Below are positions 63,131-64,000 of a stretch of DNA of 64,000 nt, in pieces. The translations under genes and the position numbers were made by a program. Each line of letters begins with the position of its first letter. Positions within the stretch are counted from its first letter, which is position 1. Origin of the DNA: an uncultured Chloroflexia bacterium (lineage in GTDB: Bacteria; Chloroflexota; Anaerolineae; JAAYZQ01); the NCBI GenBank assembly GCA_963700285.1, contig CAVOXA010000010.1, positions 768,001 to 832,000 of the forward strand, in the 5' to 3' direction. The notes beneath the pieces were generated by a model that did no database searches, was not told where the DNA came from, and saw nothing but the letters and a program-made list of their open reading frames with translations.

Positions 63131-64000
63131 ATGACTGAGTCGCAGCGCCCCGGGGATGGAGACTTGAGTGGGGAAGGTTTGGAGACGAACGCCTGGTCAC
63201 GGGGCTTGCAGAAGGTCCCCTGGCGGCGGATTGCGTCCGCGGTGGTTCTGCTGTTCTCTGTTGGCTATTTGGGATATCGGGTATACGCCAACTGGGACGC
63301 GTTCCGCGCCTATGACTGGCAGATCCAGTATGAATATCTCCTCCCGTCGTTCCTGCTGTACCTGGTCCAATTCGTGGTGATCATCTGGGGCTGGAAGTCG
63401 ATCATGGACTCTCTGGCGCCGGTATTGCCCTTTTCGGATCATATCAGGATCTATGCCTATACCAACATGCTGCGGCGTATTCCAGCCGGCACGGTCTGGA
63501 TGGTTGCAGGCCGCGTGTACGCCTACAAAGGGCAGAACGTGCCTGCACGTGCTTCGGCGCTGGGAAGCTTTATGGAGTTCATGGTTGTCATCTTGACGGG
63601 GCTGCCGCTGGCAGCGCTTGCCGCGGTCGGGCTGGCGCTAATCTCCCCAGCGATCGGCATTGTCCTGGCTCTCGTTGCGGCAGCGTTGGCACTCGTGGCG
63701 CTCCATCCGGCACTGCTGAGCAGGTTGTTTAGGCTAGTGCGGCGCGAAGACTTACCGGTACAGTTGCGCTACCGTACTACGCTAAAGTGGGCAGCGATCT
63801 ATGGCCTGGTATGGCTGCTCAGCGGGATGGGGCTGTTTCTCATTGTCCGCCTTTTTGAAGACGTTCCGCTGGGAACACTGCCTGTGATCATAGGGGTGTG
63901 GGTGCTGTCCAGCCTGGTTGCCTACTTTACGATGCTCAGCCCGAGCGGCCTGGGGATAAAAGAGATGTCACTCACCCTGCTGCTTGGCCTATTCTTGCCC
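63131..64000 (+). CDS. Lysylphosphatidylglycerol-synthase-TM (UPF0104/AglD-like flippase) protein, runs off the window
   Basis: An open frame from ATG 63131 with TM helices, RRIPAG..W..GR and PSGLGIKE motifs. Confidence 0.82.
   Translation, partial: MTESQRPGDGDLSGEGLETNAWSRGLQKVPWRRIASAVVLLFSVGYLGYRVYANWDAFRAYDWQIQYEYLLPSFLLYLVQFVVIIWGWKSIMDSLAPVLPFSDHIRIYAYTNMLRRIPAGTVWMVAGRVYAYKGQNVPARASALGSFMEFMVVILTGLPLAALAAVGLALISPAIGIVLALVAAALALVALHPALLSRLFRLVRREDLPVQLRYRTTLKWAAIYGLVWLLSGMGLFLIVRLFEDVPLGTLPVIIGVWVLSSLVAYFTMLSPSGLGIKEMSLTLLLGLFLP

Overview
A GC-rich bacterial chromosomal segment. Gene content and protein style suggest Chloroflexota, probably Anaerolineae (inference). It contains: housekeeping genes (partial dnaE, an RNase D-like gene, gmk, tmk, a c-di-AMP receptor); a patch of decayed transposases and an RNase H remnant; a GntR-associated sulfur-relay operon (OsmC, DsrC, TmcC/DsrM-like, TmcB/DsrK-like, cysteine desulfurase) with no dsrAB in the window; heavily frameshifted MFS and ABC exporter genes; a cohesin-dockerin gene pair followed by an internally deleted ISL3; an ECF sigma/anti-sigma/bactofilin-like operon; a seven-OB-fold membrane protein translationally coupled to an archaeal-type TctA permease; and a long surface-glycan cluster with methyltransferases and radical SAM enzymes. 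The strongest candidates for undescribed systems are (1) the poly-OB-fold + TctA pair as a possible nucleic-acid capture/uptake module, (2) the non-cellulosomal cohesin-dockerin pair, and (3) the DsrAB-less DsrC/Tmc-like/desulfurase operon. I found no rRNA, tRNA or CRISPR array by eye. All product calls come from manual motif recognition, not database searches.
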